From assembly GCA_963701965.1 (NCBI GenBank), contig OY969695.1:4192001-4256000 (forward strand): a stretch of 64,000 nucleotides of DNA, in the 5' to 3' direction. Positions 29,939 through 40,140 of this stretch are shown here, piece after piece. Position 1 is the first letter of the stretch. Every line of letters begins with the position of its first letter. The DNA comes from an uncultured Gemmatimonadales bacterium. GTDB lineage: Bacteria; Gemmatimonadota; Gemmatimonadetes; Gemmatimonadales; Gemmatimonadaceae. The translations under genes were made by a program, and so were the position numbers. The notes beneath the pieces were generated by a model that did no database searches, was not told the origin of the DNA, and saw only the letters and a list, made by a program, of their open reading frames with translations.

Positions 29939-30202
29939 TTATCGGCGCAGGATCCAGGTCAACACGATCGCGGCGACGGTGGGCACAGCGAAAATGACGG
30001 CGTGGATGCGCAACTCTTCCATCGCCGGGTAGCCCGCGCGAAAGACCCCGACGTACCAGTCAATGATACAGAACACGAGCCACGCCGCGACGAACAGGTA
30101 GGCGGCGTTGGCCCGTGTCGCGCCATGGACGATGACAGGCGCGAGCTCGACCGTCGCGCCGAGGGCGACCAAGCCAATGAGGATGACGATCGCGGTGCGC
30201 AT
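29939..30202 (-). CDS. Small three-helix membrane protein
   Basis: 87 aa with three hydrophobic segments and a W.GV..AGY...EEL pattern. Confidence 0.7.
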   Translation of the reverse strand: MRTAIVILIGLVALGATVELAPVIVHGATRANAAYLFVAAWLVFCIIDWYVGVFRAGYPAMEELRIHAVIFAVPTVAAIVLTWILRR

Positions 30203-30406
30203 GGCGTAGGCTAGCGGCGCCGAAGGTCGGCAACAATGCCTGCCACGAGGCCGACGAGCACGAGCAGTGCCGCCGCGGCCAGCGCGATCAGTACGCGGTT
30301 CGCGTTCTCCATGACGAACGCGCCGTGCCGTGTATGGAACCCATTGAACGTGGCGACCGCGGCTGGCAGCGCGAGCACCTCGCCGCCGGCACGATCGGGT
30401 AGGGAA

Positions 30407-31174
30407 TTATGGACACGTGATCAACCAATCGGCGACGATCCACGCGGCACCCACCGCGGCCAGGTTGTACGCGTTCCCGCCCCAGGACACGTGGTCGTGA
30501 GGAGCGGCGATGATGAGCGGCGCCAGTACCAGTGCGCTAAAGACCAGGAGCATGATCCCGAGAAGTCGCGCCGCCAGGGCGTCGAGCACCCCCGAGACGA
30601 TCCCTAGACCGGCGAGCACGAACGCGATCCCCGTGAGAATCGTCCAGAAGCTCCCTCCCAGGGGCATCCACGCCGGAACCATCGGTGCGACATCCTGTAC
30701 GCCGGTCAGGTGCGCGAGGCCGAACGTGATCGTGCACAGTCCAAACGTCCATCGCGCGATGCGGGCTGCTCGCGGCGACCATGTCCCCGGCTGGGCCAGC
30801 GACGTATACACGATCGCGGCGGCGACGACCAGAATGAGCTGCTCGCCGACCTGGCCGAGCACCCCAATGTAAACGTTGATCTTGCGTCCCAGGAAGTGCG
30901 GCGCCGTGTAGAACCTCGGGAATGACGCAACGCCAAAGGCGCCGTAAATGATCGCCAGGGTCACGGCGCCGAATCGGCCCGTTCGGCGCGACAGCAGCGC
31001 CGCGCCGCCGGCGATCAGGCCGACGGCGGCAATGTACGCCATGACCGTCACGCCGGGAATGTGGTCGCCGAACGCCTGGATGGGTTAATGCGCCGGCTCG
31101 AACTCGCCCCAGACGAGGTCCATGATGCCGGCGGCGATCGAGGCGATGCCCAGTACATATATGCCGATGTCCAT
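30407..31174 (-). CDS. DoxX-like membrane protein with an in-frame TAA at 31085-31087
   Basis: MDIGIYVLGIASIAAGIMDLVWGEFEPAH*PIQAFGDHIPG continues in frame into the 214-aa ORF containing FGLAH...VPAWMP. Confidence 0.8.
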
Positions 31175-31217
31175 GCGCGACCCTAATGACCGACCCCGCC
31201 GCGGTCAAGAGGTGCGG

Positions 31218-31310
31218 CGCGACGCCAAGCACGGTCGCCAGGTCGCGATCAAGGTGTTGCATTCCGAGCTCGCCATGTCGCTCGGCCGCGAGCCCTTCCG
31301 CCGGGATCTT
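31218..31310 (+). pseudogene. Relic of a Hanks-type Ser/Thr kinase N-lobe
   Basis: RDAKHGRQVAIKVLHSELAMSLGREPFRRD resembles kinase subdomain II-III; nothing else of the kinase remains. Confidence 0.65.
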
Positions 31311-31329
31311 GGGGGCCGGGGGCGCCTGA

Positions 31330-32241
31330 TCAGCGGTTCGCGGTGAGGCCGGCGAGTGGTAGCATCCACACGTTGCCGTGGCCGTTGTCCCACAGCGTCA
31401 GGCGCGCGACGTCGCGTTGTGCTTGTTCGCGCGATCGCGGGAACGTGACGGGTATACTGCGGTTGCTCGAGAAATAGAGCGTGTGTTGGTCCGGACTCAA
31501 TCGAGCTTCGTTGTCATCGATGCCGGAGGCATCATCGCCGGCGTACTGAAGCGGCGTCACCGGTCCCCAGTCAGCGCCCTGCTTGTGCACGATGAACAGG
31601 TGCTCGTGCGAGTCTGGCGGCACGCGTCGGCCGGAGCTACTGAACACGAGAAACGACTCATCCGGCGCGATCTCGGGATCGACGTCGCCCTGGGTGCCAT
31701 CGCTGAACGGGAGCGGGGTGGCCCCCTGATATGTGCCGCGGTCGTTCTGCGATCGATACAGTCGGAACGTCGTGCCGGTGGCGGTCTTGTCGATCACGAA
31801 GAAGTAGATGCTGCCATCGCGGGCGACGGTCGGCTTGTATACCCGGTTACTGATATTCACCGCGTCGGGTAACCGCACCGGCTCACTCCAGCCGCCGGAT
31901 ACGCGGTTCACGCGCCAGAAGCCGGCGATCTTGTCGCGGCGGGAGACGAAGACCAGAAACGACCCATCGGGCGCCATCGCCGGCTGCATGTCTGACCATT
32001 GTCCCGAAAAGGGCGCGATGGTCGGCGGCGACCAGTGGTCTCCGACGCGGTGCGATTCGAGGATGACGCTCCACCCGGCGCCGGCGCGCGTGAAGTACAT
32101 CGCGCGCCCGTCGGGGGTGAACGCCGGCGATCCGGTGCTCGCTATCCCCGACACTACGCCCGGCGCAAAGATGGTCGGTGCGGGCGGCTGAGCCGCGGCG
32201 GTCGCGGTAGTGAGGACCAGCACGGCCAAGGTGCATCTCAT
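31330..32241 (-). CDS. PD40/TolB-like beta-propeller protein, secreted (copy 2)
   Basis: ATG 32241 with a signal peptide; IFAPGVVS, PAFTPDG, PFSGQWSD, APDESFLVFSS and SPDQHTLYFSSNR motifs. Confidence 0.88.
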   Translation of the reverse strand: MRCTLAVLVLTTATAAAQPPAPTIFAPGVVSGIASTGSPAFTPDGRAMYFTRAGAGWSVILESHRVGDHWSPPTIAPFSGQWSDMQPAMAPDGSFLVFVSRRDKIAGFWRVNRVSGGWSEPVRLPDAVNISNRVYKPTVARDGSIYFFVIDKTATGTTFRLYRSQNDRGTYQGATPLPFSDGTQGDVDPEIAPDESFLVFSSSGRRVPPDSHEHLFIVHKQGADWGPVTPLQYAGDDASGIDDNEARLSPDQHTLYFSSNRSIPVTFPRSREQAQRDVARLTLWDNGHGNVWMLPLAGLTANR

Positions 32242-33229
32242 GGGACGGTGCATGCTCCCCGCGGGCGAGGGGGTATCGAGTCTTTGAGAACTGGCGCCAG
32301 GTCCACCCGCCAGAATGTTGGCGAGGCTGTTGTTCCAACTCTGGAGCTTGTCGACGGCCACCGGCGAGCCCGGCGGACCCGTAACCAGTCGCTCGCTGCC
32401 AAAGAACAGCGTATGGCCATCGGGAGCCAGGTGCGCTTCGTACTCGCCCACGGGGCTGTTGATCGTAGTGCCGAGTGACATAGGAGTTCCCCAGGTGCCG
32501 TTTCGGCGGAATACGACGAAGAGATCGAGATCGCGCTCCGCCGCGGGAGGACGGTTCGAGGAGAAGACGGCGAACGATTCGTCGGGCGCGACCGAGGCGT
32601 CGACGTTGCCCCATTGATCGTCGCTGAATGGGAGGCGCTCCGGTGTCTGGAATGTGCCGTTGGCGAATTGAGCCCGGAAGAGCTGGAACTTGCCCCCTTC
32701 CGTGGGAGGCTTCATGAAGTAGATGCTGCCATCAGCGACGACGCTGGGGCTGAACACCGCGCTCGAGCCGTTGATGACATTCCGGGAGCCGAACGGGGGT
32801 ACTCCACCCCGAGCCTTTGCGGTCGACCCGCCACAGGTTGCCGCCGCGCGCGGGACGTATCGCCCCACTGTAGTTGCCCGCGACGGCTGTGCCGCCCTCG
32901 GTGGCAGGGCGGTTCGATGCGAAGACCAGGTACGATCCGTCCGGGGCCATCGCCGCCTCGAGATCGCGCCAGCGGCCGGAGAAGGGGGCCACGACCGGTG
33001 CACTCCAGCGGCCGTGCTCGAATCGCGACGTCATGATCACGTCGTCGGGTCCGTTGCCGACCGTGTAGTAGACGGTCCGACAGTCCGGGGTGAACGCGGG
33101 TGTGAGGTCGATGGCGCCGCTGGAAATGACACCCGGTGCGAAGATCTCGGGTGTTTGCCCTTGGGCGATTGATCCGGTCGCGGCGAATGCGGCGAATGCG
33201 AGGCTGGCTCCCGTGTAGCGACATGTCAT
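32238..33229 (-). CDS. PD40/TolB-like beta-propeller protein, secreted (copy 1); apparent frameshifts at ~32780 and ~32314
   Basis: Three frames join into one paralog: EIFAPGVISSG...PVRLP/DVINGSS...SLAN/IWRVDL..., ending in an ATGA overlap with copy 2. Confidence 0.82.
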
Positions 33230-33327
33230 GGGGCACGAACCTATGGAGCGGTCTCTGGCATCGACAGCGCGAGACCATGACGATGCAGGCAACGCGCGCA
33301 ATCGTGCAGCGAGTGGCGCTTGTGCGG

Positions 33328-33858
33328 CTAAAGGGGCGCCGCTGGCGCATGGAGCACCCAGTGGAGCGCCGCGAGCGCGGTGAGGTCGAGGAAGAACCCG
33401 AACGAGAAGGGGAACGCGATGACCTCGAGGCCCGCGTGCGGATGGAGTTTGGCCACCCCACGGCTCGCCCAAGGCAATACGGCCAGCGCGATCACGAATG
33501 AGACGCAGAAATGCGCGAGACTGAGACTGCCCGGCGCCCACGAGAGGTCTTCGACGTCAATGCCCTGGCGCGCGACGATGCCGGCCGTCATCGCCGTCCA
33601 GGACAGGAGCTCGAGCGGCAGGGCGCGGAGCCAGACCGCCTTTTTGCGCGCGCCGGTGGGGCGCGGCGCCATACGAAGTCCCAGAGCGAAATACCGGCGA
33701 ACCCCGTCCGAAACGTGCTCGTGGCCACGCATTAGTGGACAGGTCCCATCGATCATCACGTACGTCATCGCCGCGGGGCCCGCCGCCTCCACGGTGATCC
33801 GTGACCCAAGGTCCCCAGAGCGCACGGACCCGTTGCAGAAAAGACAGATCGAATACAC
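33328..33858 (-). CDS. Hypothetical membrane protein (start uncertain)
   Basis: Three hydrophobic segments in the C-terminal ~130 aa; fills the gap between neighbours. Confidence 0.4.
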   Translation of the reverse strand: MYSICLFCNGSVRSGDLGSRITVEAAGPAAMTYVMIDGTCPLMRGHEHVSDGVRRYFALGLRMAPRPTGARKKAVWLRALPLELLSWTAMTAGIVARQGIDVEDLSWAPGSLSLAHFCVSFVIALAVLPWASRGVAKLHPHAGLEVIAFPFSFGFFLDLTALAALHWVLHAPAAPL

Positions 33859-34037
33859 GGCTACCGTACCGTTTTAGGGGCGCGACATGAACGCCACGAT
33901 AGGTACGCTCGGGCTCGCTGTCAACGCGACAAAGTGCCGCTATATTGTCGGGGTCGCCAATGTGGAGGGCGGGGGGCTAGGTGGCAACTCGATCACCATA
34001 CGCGCCAGTCGGCGGCCAGGGAGCCTAGTTGCCGTAG

Positions 34038-34616
34038 ATGGACTCCGAGTTCGAGTCACTTTTGCGGTGCGTCGATGGCGCGCAACCAGGTGCGGCGGAC
34101 AGGTTGTTCGCCATCTGCTACGCCGAGCTACACCGCCTCGCCGAGCACAATCTGTGGCGCTCCGGATCGACGGTCACCCTGGGGCCGACCACGCTGCTCC
34201 ACGAGGCGTACCTCAACATCGTCGGCCGCGCCGATGTCGCCTTTGCGGACCGACCCCGTTTTCTCAACTACGCCTCCCGGGCGATGCGTGGCCTGATCAT
34301 CGACTACGCCCGCCGCCGGCGCACGAGGAAGTGCGGACGGCAGTTCGAGATCACGCTGGCGACCGACGAGGAGCTCCCCGCTCATCCCGACCACGGCGCG
34401 GAGGATTTGGTCCGCCTCGGAGAAGCGCTCGACGAGTTGTCCACATTGGAGCCGGCGCTGGCGCAACTCGTCGACCTCCACTTCTTCTGTGGTTTCTCGT
34501 TCACCGAAATCGCCACCATGCGGCACGTCTCGGATCGCACCGTCCAGCGGGATTGGCGGAAGGCGCGACTACTGTTGCACCAGGCCTTGCTCGATGAGGA
34601 AAGCCCCGGGGGCTAG
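34038..34616 (+). CDS. ECF sigma factor of the kinase-associated TIGR02999 (ECF43-like) type
   Basis: YAELHRLA, TLGPTTLLHEAYL, RAMRGLIIDYAR, VDLHFF.G and RTVQRDWRKAR motifs. Confidence 0.92.
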   Translation: MDSEFESLLRCVDGAQPGAADRLFAICYAELHRLAEHNLWRSGSTVTLGPTTLLHEAYLNIVGRADVAFADRPRFLNYASRAMRGLIIDYARRRRTRKCGRQFEITLATDEELPAHPDHGAEDLVRLGEALDELSTLEPALAQLVDLHFFCGFSFTEIATMRHVSDRTVQRDWRKARLLLHQALLDEESPGG

Positions 34617-37216
34617 CGTGCCGTCGCGCCGAGGCGCGCCAGCCGCTCCTCGGCTTGCCGCAGGCGAGGGTGCGCCGCGCCGGCGCCAAACCGGAGCGCC
34701 GCGACGGCATGGGTCAGCGCGGCGCGCGCCGCGAGCGTGTCGCCGACGGCCAGTCGGGTGCGCGCCTCGAGCAGGTCGGCTTCGCCCGCGTATGCGCTGC
34801 GCGAGTCGGTCAGCGAATCCACGGACGCCACGGCTCGCGCGGCGCGTATGAAGCCGAGCGCGTCGGCCGTGTCCGACGGCGGCGTAGTTTCCGCGGCCAG
34901 GATGAGGGCCGAGCGAAAGACGCGCCGTTTCTTGCCATCGAAGTAGCCGTGCGATCTCAGCACGTCGACCACCCGCTCGTGTGCGGTGGCGCTGTCGCCG
35001 GACGCCAAAGCCATCCACGCGTCGAGAAAGCGATCGTCGACCACCTGATCGTCCGTGCTCCTGAGCGCGGGATTGCTGACCAACGGACGGAACCGGGTCA
35101 TCGTCCCGCGCGCCAGATCCCTGGCGCCACCACGGATCTGCGCCTGGGCGAGGCCGAACAGGGCCCGTCCTTGCCAGTATGCGTTGTGGGTCTGAGCCGC
35201 CTGACCCGCCAGGACCGCGAAGTACTTCGCCGCGGAATCGAAGTGCGCATTGAACAAAGCCGTGTGCGCATAATGAATGAGTGCCTGCTCCGGCAGGTGG
35301 CCGGCTGGATCGCTCCGTGTCGTCCGTTCGATCACGTCGTGCAAGAGGCGCTCGGCTTCCGCGGTCTCGCCCAGGCGAACGTACGTGACCGCCATGTCGT
35401 GCTCGATGATGCCGCGCGTCAGCGTTTCGCCACGGCCCGTCGAGTCCATCAGCGCGCCCGCCCGTCGATACAACGCGATCGCGTCGCGCGGGTGCCCATC
35501 GAGATCGAGTGACGTGGCCAAGGTCGACAGAAGCCCCACGAACGTCAGGTCCGTCGTGTCCGCCGACATCTGACGTATCGCGACCGCTCGCCGGGCGGCG
35601 TCGACGGCGCGGTGGGGATCGCCGGCCTCGGCTTCCAGGTCGGAGAGCGACTGCAGGCAGGTTGCTTCAACCGGCGCATCCGGCGCCGCGTGAAGGATCG
35701 CATCGGCCGCGCGCAGCGTCCGCCGCGCCTCGTCGTACCGCCCCACGCCCCGGAGGGCGGACGCCTGATGGCAACGGATCTCGGCCAGATCCGGATAGCC
35801 GCCGGCGACCGCGATCGACTCGGCGCGCGCGAGGAGCGTGTGTTGCGTCGTGTTGTCGCCCAGATCGCCGTACTGCGCGGACAGCTGGACGAGCAGGGCC
35901 GCGACCAGGCGCGAGTCGCCGACGTATTGACCTTCGAGCGCGACGCGGCTCCGATCGAGGATTTCGCGCATCGTGAGCGGCCGGTCGCCCAGCTCGGACA
36001 TGAGGAGCGACTGAAATTCGATGAGCGCGTTGGCGCGCCGGGTCGCGAATATCGCCGCATCGCGCTCGCGCTGTGCGGTATGCATCTGCGCCACCGAAAA
36101 CACCGTCGCCGCCAGGAGCGCGGCGCCGATGCCAGTCGCCAAGGCGACACCGGCGCGGTGGCGGCGAACAAACTTGCCCATCCGGTACGCGATCGAGTCG
36201 GGACGTGCGCCGACCGGTTCGTGGGCCAGATACCGGCGCAGGTCGTCGGCGAAAGCCTCCACCGTCTGATACCGTTCGCTCGGGTCCTGTCGCAGAGCCT
36301 TGAGGAGCACCGTGTCGAGATCGCCAAGGTCGAGCGATGGCGGTGCGGTGTCGCGTGGGGGAAGTCGGCCGGCGAGCAGCGCATGCAGCAGCAGGCCGAG
36401 CGCGTAGACATCCGTTGCCGTGGTAATGGCGTCGCCGTGCAGCTGCTCGGGCGCCGCGAATTGCGGCGTCAAGGGGCCGGATCCCTCGCGCGTGAGGGCC
36501 CCCATATCGCTCGCCGGGTCGGCGTCGATCAGCTTGGCGATGCCGAAGTCCAGCAGTTTCACGACGCCGTCAGGCGTGACCAGGATGTTCGACGGCTTGA
36601 GGTCGCGGTGGACGATGAGGTGCGCGTGCGCGTGTCCGACCGCGTCGAGGACCTGGAGCAGGAGGCCAATGCGGCCGTCCGACGACACCGCGTGAGTCGT
36701 GGCGAACGTGTCGATGCGTTCGCCGTCAATGTGCTCCAGGACGAGATACGGCTGCCCGCTCGGACTGACGCCGGCATCGAGGAGCCGCGCGATACCCGGG
36801 TGCGCCAGGCGGGCGAGCAGTGAGCCTTCGCGCCGGAACCGCGCTTGCCCGGCGGCACTGGACAGGGCCACGTTCAGGAGCTTGACGGCCGCGAATCCCT
36901 CGAATTGGCCGTCGGTGCGCCGCGCGAGCCAGACGGACCCCATCCCGCCTTGGCCGAGGAGTCGTTCGAGGGTGTAGGGTCCGAGTTGGACGCCGGCGAA
37001 TGATCCGTCCAGCGTCGGTGTGAACGGCTCGGCCAGAAACCCGCGTCGGTCGGCCGCCTCCTCACCGGACAGGAGCGACGTCAGCTCCTCCGCGACGGCC
37101 GGGGTGCGCTGGCGCAGGTCAGCGAGCCATGAGGCGCGCTCGTCGGGTGTCAGCTCCAGCGCGCGGTCCAGCAGCGGTTCGAGTACGCGCCACCGGTCGC
37201 GATCCATGATGGCCAT
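34613..37216 (-). CDS. Membrane Ser/Thr protein kinase with TPR-like C-terminus
   Basis: GQGGMGSV, AAVK, HRDLKPSN, DFG, FAAPEQ and DVYALG motifs; a TM helix then helical repeats; GGAG RBS before ATG 37216. Confidence 0.95.
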   Translation of the reverse strand: MAIMDRDRWRVLEPLLDRALELTPDERASWLADLRQRTPAVAEELTSLLSGEEAADRRGFLAEPFTPTLDGSFAGVQLGPYTLERLLGQGGMGSVWLARRTDGQFEGFAAVKLLNVALSSAAGQARFRREGSLLARLAHPGIARLLDAGVSPSGQPYLVLEHIDGERIDTFATTHAVSSDGRIGLLLQVLDAVGHAHAHLIVHRDLKPSNILVTPDGVVKLLDFGIAKLIDADPASDMGALTREGSGPLTPQFAAPEQLHGDAITTATDVYALGLLLHALLAGRLPPRDTAPPSLDLGDLDTVLLKALRQDPSERYQTVEAFADDLRRYLAHEPVGARPDSIAYRMGKFVRRHRAGVALATGIGAALLAATVFSVAQMHTAQRERDAAIFATRRANALIEFQSLLMSELGDRPLTMREILDRSRVALEGQYVGDSRLVAALLVQLSAQYGDLGDNTTQHTLLARAESIAVAGGYPDLAEIRCHQASALRGVGRYDEARRTLRAADAILHAAPDAPVEATCLQSLSDLEAEAGDPHRAVDAARRAVAIRQMSADTTDLTFVGLLSTLATSLDLDGHPRDAIALYRRAGALMDSTGRGETLTRGIIEHDMAVTYVRLGETAEAERLLHDVIERTTRSDPAGHLPEQALIHYAHTALFNAHFDSAAKYFAVLAGQAAQTHNAYWQGRALFGLAQAQIRGGARDLARGTMTRFRPLVSNPALRSTDDQVVDDRFLDAWMALASGDSATAHERVVDVLRSHGYFDGKKRRVFRSALILAAETTPPSDTADALGFIRAARAVASVDSLTDSRSAYAGEADLLEARTRLAVGDTLAARAALTHAVAALRFGAGAAHPRLRQAEERLARLGATAR

Positions 37217-37359
37217 GGACGGATCTCCCAAAGGACCGTACACGATACTCGGCCGGTCGGCGCGGTGCCAGCCGATCGGCCCACATAACGCGTGTCGGGT
37301 TTGCCCGCTGGATTTCGATCTCCTATGCGAGGGCCATTCCCGGCATAAGGAGCGCACGC

Positions 37360-38763
37360 GTGAGGACGATCTCGTTCGGCTCGGTCCGTCGACCCTGGAG
37401 TGCTTCCGCGGTCGTCGCAGTCCTGTGGGCGGTCGTTGGGGCCTGCACTGACGGCACGGCGCCGCCGTCCAGCGTCGCCCGTTCGAGCGATGTCGCTGGG
37501 GGGGCCGTCCACCGCTCGACGCTCGCGCAAACGGTGCGCGCGTTGGCCGCGGGACGTGGCGTGGTGCCGCTCCCTCCGGCGCCGCGGGTCCGACCCGCGT
37601 TGTCGGTTCTGGGGCAGGCGTTGGCGTTCGACAAGGTCTTGAGCGGCAACCGCAACATCGCCTGTATGACGTGTCATTTGCCGGCCTTCGAGACTGGTGA
37701 CGGGCGGAGCCTGCCCATTGGCACGGGAGGACGAAATCTCGGTCCGGCGCGTGTGCTCGCGAGCGGCTTGATCATTCCACGGAATGCGCCGCCTCTCTTC
37801 AACCTGCACGCGCTACCAGCGTTGTTCTGGGACGGCAGGGTCTCACGGGACGCCGCGGGGCAATACCACACGCCCGCGGGTGCTCAGCTCACCCCCGACA
37901 TGACCCGGGTGTTCGAGTTCGGCGCGGTATCGGCGCAAGGGCTCTTCCCGGTGGTGAATCGGCTCGAGATGCGCGGCATGAAGGGAAATGAGCTGGCGGC
38001 GATCCCGGACAGCAACAACCCCGCCATCTGGCGCGCGGCCATGCGGCGGCTCATGCAGAATCCCCGCTATCGCGAGATGTTCCGCGACGCCTATCCGGGG
38101 ACGCGCGTCGAGAGCATGAACTTCGCCTATGCGACCAATGCCATCGCGGGCTTCTTCATCGACAGGCTGACGATGAACCGCACGCCGTGGGATCGCTTCC
38201 TCGCCGGTGACGACAATGCGCTGTCGACCGATCAACTCCTGGGCGCGCAGAATTTCATGACGCTCAAGTGCTCCATTTGCCACAACGGCGCGACATTCAG
38301 CGACGGCCAGTTTCACGACGTGGCGCTCGCGCAATTCGGGCCGGGCGAGGGGGTAGCACCGAATCCGCTGGATGACTTCGGCCGGTTCAACGTCACGGGC
38401 GATCCGGGGGACAAGTACCGGTTCCGCACGACGCCGCTGCGGAATGTCGAGCTCACGGGGCCATATGGTCACGCGGGGCAGTTCAAGAAACTGAAGGACT
38501 TCATTGGGCACTACAGCCAGTCGGACGTTCAGCTCCGCAACTACGATCCAACGCAGATCGACCGGATCCTGTTCGGCACGCTCCTGAACAACACCAATGC
38601 GGTGCTGGCGCAACGCGATACGCTCCTCAACGGCGTCGTCATTCCGGACAGCACGGTGGCCCGTCTCACGACGTACATGAATGCTCTGACCGATGCGCGC
38701 GCGCGCGATCTCCGGTCGCTCGCCCCCGCGCGCGTCCCGAGCGGGCTGCCGGTGGATCGATGA
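37360..38763 (+). CDS. Diheme cytochrome c peroxidase / MauG superfamily lipoprotein
   Basis: VVGAC lipobox; LSGNRNIACMTCH, RNAPPLFN, FWDGR, CSICH and FRTTPLRNV motifs. Confidence 0.92.
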   Translation: MRTISFGSVRRPWSASAVVAVLWAVVGACTDGTAPPSSVARSSDVAGGAVHRSTLAQTVRALAAGRGVVPLPPAPRVRPALSVLGQALAFDKVLSGNRNIACMTCHLPAFETGDGRSLPIGTGGRNLGPARVLASGLIIPRNAPPLFNLHALPALFWDGRVSRDAAGQYHTPAGAQLTPDMTRVFEFGAVSAQGLFPVVNRLEMRGMKGNELAAIPDSNNPAIWRAAMRRLMQNPRYREMFRDAYPGTRVESMNFAYATNAIAGFFIDRLTMNRTPWDRFLAGDDNALSTDQLLGAQNFMTLKCSICHNGATFSDGQFHDVALAQFGPGEGVAPNPLDDFGRFNVTGDPGDKYRFRTTPLRNVELTGPYGHAGQFKKLKDFIGHYSQSDVQLRNYDPTQIDRILFGTLLNNTNAVLAQRDTLLNGVVIPDSTVARLTTYMNALTDARARDLRSLAPARVPSGLPVDR

Positions 38764-38772
38764 GCGCGCCCG

Positions 38773-39300
38773 CTACGCCACGCCCCTCGCGATCACGAAC
38801 GCGCCCAGCCCCAGGAGCATCATGCCAGCTACCCGGGCCACGAGCGCCGGGCGGGGCGCCAGCCGCTCCATCGTGATCGCTAGCGTCACGCCGGCCATGG
38901 CGGTGACGTTCATCAGGCCCGCGACGAGTAGCACCGCCATGTAACCGGCGCAGCACAGCGCGCACTGCACACCGGCGCGCAGACCATAGGCGAGCGGCCC
39001 ACCCGCCGGCGCGACCCGGCAACGCGCGAGCTGCCGCGTCTTCCAGGCAGTGAGCTGCAGGCCGCCGGCGAGCGCGAAGACGATACCCACGGCCACCGGC
39101 GACAGCCGCGCCGCCCAGGACAATGCGTCGCTCAGTCCAGCGACGATCCCCCATGCCGTCCAGACGCCGAGGTATCCCGCGGCCACGAGCGCCCAACCGC
39201 GGCGGCGATCCCGCCGGTACCGCGCCAGGAGCGCCACGAGCGCCGGGGCCATCATCGCCGGCATCATCGCCACGGACATCGTCACGCCCATCGCGGCCAT
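38773..39300 (-). CDS. DUF2182 metal-binding membrane protein-like (short, possibly 5'-degenerate)
   Basis: AMM.P, GYLGVW, AGGLQLTAWK...L.RCR, C..CC...M and G.MN...M....ER motifs. Confidence 0.75.
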   Translation of the reverse strand: MAAMGVTMSVAMMPAMMAPALVALLARYRRDRRRGWALVAAGYLGVWTAWGIVAGLSDALSWAARLSPVAVGIVFALAGGLQLTAWKTRQLARCRVAPAGGPLAYGLRAGVQCALCCAGYMAVLLVAGLMNVTAMAGVTLAITMERLAPRPALVARVAGMMLLGLGAFVIARGVA

Positions 39301-39333
39301 CCCCCTGGCATATTCACTCCGACGCGATTATTG

Positions 39334-39351
39334 TTCTACCAACAGGTTGAA
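39334..39351. promoter_or_regulatory. Putative ArsR operator, imperfect palindrome TTCTACC-AACA-GGTTGAA
   Basis: 6 of 7 bp inverted repeat, 10 nt upstream of the ArsR ATG, between divergent genes. Confidence 0.65.
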
Positions 39352-39361
39352 TATATTCCCA

Positions 39362-39697
39362 ATGGGCGGTCCACAGCAACTCGACGATGTCTACGGCGCG
39401 ATCGCCGATCCCACGCGTCGCGCGATCCTGTCCGCGCTCACGGGCGGCGACCTCAAGGTCGGCAGCTTGGCCGCGCGGTTCCCGATCTCGTTCAATGGCG
39501 TGTCCAAGCACGTGAAGGTCCTGGAGCGCGCCGGCCTCGTTGAGCGCCGGGTTCAGGGCCGCGAACACTGGCTGCGCATTCGGCCGGCGCCGCTGCGCGA
39601 GGCCGCGCAGTGGCTCGACCACTACCGGGCGTTCTGGGACACGCGACTGGACGCGTTGGAGACGATGCTCGTCGCCAACAAGCGCGGGCGCAAATGA
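39362..39697 (+). CDS. ArsR/SmtB family transcriptional regulator
   Basis: AIADPTRRAIL, VSKHVKVLERAGLV and GRE motifs. Confidence 0.92.
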   Translation: MGGPQQLDDVYGAIADPTRRAILSALTGGDLKVGSLAARFPISFNGVSKHVKVLERAGLVERRVQGREHWLRIRPAPLREAAQWLDHYRAFWDTRLDALETMLVANKRGRK

Positions 39698-40140
39698 CCG
39701 GCGCCGGTGCCACTGCCGACGCGGTCGTCGTGCGGCGCGTGCTGCCCGCCTGCCGCGAGCGGGTGTTCGCCGCCTGGCTCGATCCGGCCAGCTTGGCGCG
39801 ATGGATGCGGCCGGGCAACATGACGGACTCCATCGTCGAAGTCGATCCGCGCGTCGGCGGCACGTTTCGCATCACGATGATGCGCGGGTCCGACGGTGTC
39901 GAGCACCGGGGCGAGTACCTGGCGATCGATCCGCCGTCCCGGTTGTCGTTCACCTGGATCTCCACGAATACCGACCACACGCCCTCGGTCGTGACCATCG
40001 AACTGCATGCGCGGGGAGACGAGACGGAGCTCGTGCTCACGCACCGGCGTCTGCCGGCCGCCCGGATGGAATCCCATCGAAAGGGCTGGACCGATATTCT
40101 GCAGCTGCTCGACGGCGTCCTGGGCGCGGCGTCAGTGTGA
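39694..40140 (+). CDS. SRPBCC/AHSA1 domain protein
   Basis: ATGA overlap with ArsR; RERVFAAWLDP, DPRVGG.F, RLSFTW and HRKGW motifs. Confidence 0.9.
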   Translation: MTGAGATADAVVVRRVLPACRERVFAAWLDPASLARWMRPGNMTDSIVEVDPRVGGTFRITMMRGSDGVEHRGEYLAIDPPSRLSFTWISTNTDHTPSVVTIELHARGDETELVLTHRRLPAARMESHRKGWTDILQLLDGVLGAASV

